This document shows, in pieces, positions 61,632 through 64,000 of a stretch of 64,000 nt of DNA. Below the pieces are notes generated by a model. It saw only the letters and a list, made by a program, of their open reading frames with translations, had not been told where the DNA came from and searched no databases. Position numbers and translations under genes: made by a program. How positions within the stretch are numbered: the first letter of the stretch is position 1; the number at the start of each line of letters is the position of its first letter. This DNA comes from an uncultured bacterium (GTDB lineage Bacteria > Patescibacteriota > Minisyncoccia > Phycocordibacterales > GWA1-40-21). Where the stretch lies: NCBI GenBank assembly GCA_963798465.1, contig CAWCTC010000001.1, forward strand, positions 68,315-132,314, given 5' to 3'.

Positions 61632-63485
61632 TTATTGCGAAGAAGTAACGGTCACTGTTGTTCCGCTTGATAGAGATGATGTTGAAATATTTAGTGCAGG
61701 ATCAATATTTATCAAGCATGGCGCGATGGAATAATTATTTTTGACGAGCATAAGCCATTGTTTGACATATGCTACGGATGTTGTGGCGGGAGAATCGAAA
61801 TTTCCCGACGCCGAATTTATCGGAGTCATTGCGTCGGCTATTTGACCGACGTTTGTTGCCGATTCGAGTGCGCTTTCCGCAGTGTTTATAAGGTCCAGGT
61901 TTTTATTTGATGCATCTATCAAAGTTTGTATTTTATATAAATTCCATTGTATCGGTGCATTTCCTGAGTAGCCTATTCCGTCTATATTTGTTATGACATT
62001 TGATTGTATTTGATTTGCTCGGAGGAATGTTGTTGAACTGCTGTAGCCAGTGTTGCAAGTTCTTGCTGTAACGAATTCGGCTCTGCCTGTCGTCAATACA
62101 TTTTGTGCAATGCCTAAATCATTTTGGTATTCGGTTTCAGAATCTATCAAATTATTTAATCTGACAGCACTGTTGTATTTTTCTGTGTATAGAGGATCAC
62201 TGGTATCAATACCGGGCACAACTGAAATAGATGTAGATGTTGTTGCTTGTTGCGATTCAAAGCCAGGACCGAGTAGAGAACCGAGGTCTACATTTCCGGT
62301 GTTAGCTTGATTTGATTGATTGGCATATTGTTCCTCTGCTAGCTTTTCTGCGTTGGCTAATGTAGAAGCATAATTTTGATCAGCTTGTGAATTGTTATTA
62401 TTTAGTATACCGCCTGTAATTGCGCTTTCAGCATCATTAACAAGAGCACTGAGCAATGACCCGAGAATAGTATCTACACCATTTCCCAAAGCTCCTTGTA
62501 GTTCAGCAATATTTCCAGCTGAATTTGCTTGGAAGCCAAGCATATTTGTAATGATTGCTCCTGGTGTTGCTACTGAACAATGTTGCACTGTTCTGACACC
62601 TCCGATATCTGTTGGGGTAGCGGGTGGTTGAGTGCCTTTTATATATGTGGGTGATTGAGTACCAACAGTAGCTCCAGACATATCTTGATATGTGTCATAA
62701 CAATTACTGAAAGTCAAAGCTCCTTGCCCCCAATTCAATTCTTGTGTTTTTGCATTTTGGTCGCTGGTAACTTGCGCGTCAATGCTTGCCTTGGCTATCA
62801 AATAAGATCCAATAGGATCATCCTGCGGATTTTGAGTTGTTTGAAGCCAGTTGGTCCATACATTTTGAGTATTGACACTGACATTAACGCTGGCGGAATT
62901 TACTGCATTATTTACATTATTCAATATTCCTGGAAGTGTGCATGTTATCTGCTGAGCGAATGTCGGATAGCTTAGGCCCAAAGCGATTTTTACTTGAGCC
63001 TGAAATGGCGCGCAGAGAAAATTCAAATCTGGATTATTTAAAATCATATTTCCTATAGTTTGATTTGCCGTGTCGGAAAGTAATTTTGCAGGATCTGCTA
63101 TGAACATCGGTTGTCCCTGAAACCCCCCATTTATCCAACTTACTGTGGCTTGCGTAAGATTCTGAACAAGAGTTAGTGCCAACTTATTTGCCAGTAATGA
63201 AGCAGCGTCCCCAAGACTAAAATTTTTAAATATGTCCCACGTCGAATTTAAATGTGCTGTCGCTGGATTTACAAATCCTGCAATGGAAGTAAGGCTGGCC
63301 GCTTGAGCGGGGACGGTTGTTGTCTGATTAAGAACCCACTGTTTTCCACCAAGCGTCCAAAAAGCATCTACAACTGGATCAGTCTGTGCGTTTACTTTAC
63401 TTGGAATAATTACATAAGATATATTTATGAATATAACAAATATTATTAGGAATAAAAATATTTTTTTGTATTTTTTTAGATTCAT
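61632..63485 (-). CDS. large secreted protein of unknown function (T4SS-like cluster)
   Basis: I chose Met at 63485 (MNLKKYKKIFLFLIIFVIFINISYVIIPSKVNAQ signal). The track start at 63572 would overlap the upstream gene. Confidence 0.5.
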   Translation of the reverse strand: MNLKKYKKIFLFLIIFVIFINISYVIIPSKVNAQTDPVVDAFWTLGGKQWVLNQTTTVPAQAASLTSIAGFVNPATAHLNSTWDIFKNFSLGDAASLLANKLALTLVQNLTQATVSWINGGFQGQPMFIADPAKLLSDTANQTIGNMILNNPDLNFLCAPFQAQVKIALGLSYPTFAQQITCTLPGILNNVNNAVNSASVNVSVNTQNVWTNWLQTTQNPQDDPIGSYLIAKASIDAQVTSDQNAKTQELNWGQGALTFSNCYDTYQDMSGATVGTQSPTYIKGTQPPATPTDIGGVRTVQHCSVATPGAIITNMLGFQANSAGNIAELQGALGNGVDTILGSLLSALVNDAESAITGGILNNNNSQADQNYASTLANAEKLAEEQYANQSNQANTGNVDLGSLLGPGFESQQATTSTSISVVPGIDTSDPLYTEKYNSAVRLNNLIDSETEYQNDLGIAQNVLTTGRAEFVTARTCNTGYSSSTTFLRANQIQSNVITNIDGIGYSGNAPIQWNLYKIQTLIDASNKNLDLINTAESALESATNVGQIADAMTPINSASGNFDSPATTSVAYVKQWLMLVKNNYSIAPCLINIDPALNISTSSLSSGTTVTVTSSQ

Positions 63486-63534
63486 TTTTCTATTTTTATT
63501 TACTAAATGCTTTTCTATAAAAGTTTTTTGAAAA

Positions 63535-64000
63535 TTATCTCTTAATTTTAAGAACAGTATCAAGTGTGTCAAGCACCATCACAAGTTCACTTATTGTGGA
63601 ATTATACACTGATAAATCTGAAAATACACTAGCGGTATCTGTGCCGTATGAATTTACCATATCGTTATCTATTTGTATTAATTTTTCTAAATCATTTATC
63701 AAAGCCAAATGGAACATGACTCCAGCTGAATCTGTCGCGGCCGGAATGGGAACTTTTATTAAATTATTTATTATAGCCTGATAATCGGATGTAATTGTTG
63801 ACATTTCCTTTTTAGCTTCAGAAATACTTATGCCATTACCAGTTGAACTTGAGATATTTTCGATTATTTTTAAATCCTGTCCCATTATTCCCGCAAATTT
63901 TTCTGTTTCATTGTAATAATCTGTTCTGTATGAAGCCAGTTCGCTGGCAAGAGTACTGGTACTAACATCGATTGATATTATATTTAAGTCGGATTCTTGT
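63535..64000 (-). CDS. hypothetical protein, 5' end beyond window
   Basis: The frame of ORF 63535-63885 stays open to position 64000 in my own translation (...QESDLNIISIDVSTSTLASELASYRTDYYNETEKFAGIMGQDLK...). Confidence 0.45.
   Translation of the reverse strand, partial: QESDLNIISIDVSTSTLASELASYRTDYYNETEKFAGIMGQDLKIIENISSSTGNGISISEAKKEMSTITSDYQAIINNLIKVPIPAATDSAGVMFHLALINDLEKLIQIDNDMVNSYGTDTASVFSDLSVYNSTISELVMVLDTLDTVLKIKR

Noticed and set aside
1-64000. Alternative genetic code (TAA or TGA reassignment) as an explanation for interrupted genes
   Set aside because: TAA ends rplK, secE, rpmH and dnaN. TAG ends nusG and ruvB. TGA ends tatD and tyrS at positions matching family lengths. Most interruptions are frameshifts, not stops.
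52736-64000. Integrative conjugative element or prophage interpretation of the T4SS-like region
   Set aside because: No integrase, relaxase, phage structural genes, tRNA attachment site or flanking direct repeats are visible in the window. The question stays open for sequence beyond 64000.

Overview
AT-rich, gene-dense bacterial chromosome segment covering the replication-origin neighbourhood: dnaA-dnaN on the minus strand and rpmH-rnpA-yidC-jag on the plus strand. The gene content fits an ultra-small Patescibacteria/CPR-type genome, which is an inference, not proven. That content is a type IV pilus operon (pseudopilins, PilC, PilB), a VirB4/VirB6/PrgI/pilin type-IV-secretion-like cluster, several 900-1700 aa secreted surface proteins, trimmed housekeeping proteins and few Shine-Dalgarno sites. 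I found no rRNA, tRNA or CRISPR array. The genetic code looks standard, since TAA, TAG and TGA all terminate conserved genes. Four things stand out. (1) There are several families of small palindromic or MITE-like elements. One is a ~291-bp inverted-repeat-bounded cassette that encodes only an 89-aa GIY-YIG nuclease and sits twice exactly in front of pilus-gene start codons. Another is a ~145-bp palindromic element whose arm ends in the ATG of tsaE and of ruvC. The others are an 89-nt hairpin insertion inside metG, a ~50-nt hairpin motif with compensatory substitutions, and a 250-bp repeat pair. (2) By my reading there are roughly 25 or more frame disruptions. They are concentrated in conserved housekeeping genes (dnaA, dnaN, polA, ruvB, metG, tyrS, pilB), while more than 25 kb of accessory surface and secretion genes are intact. 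(3) A 10-gene T4SS-like cluster lies beside the origin, with no relaxase or coupling protein in the window. (4) A -10 box recurs 6-8 nt upstream of ATG, suggesting leaderless mRNAs. All calls come from reading the sequence and ORF translations by eye; no database search was run.
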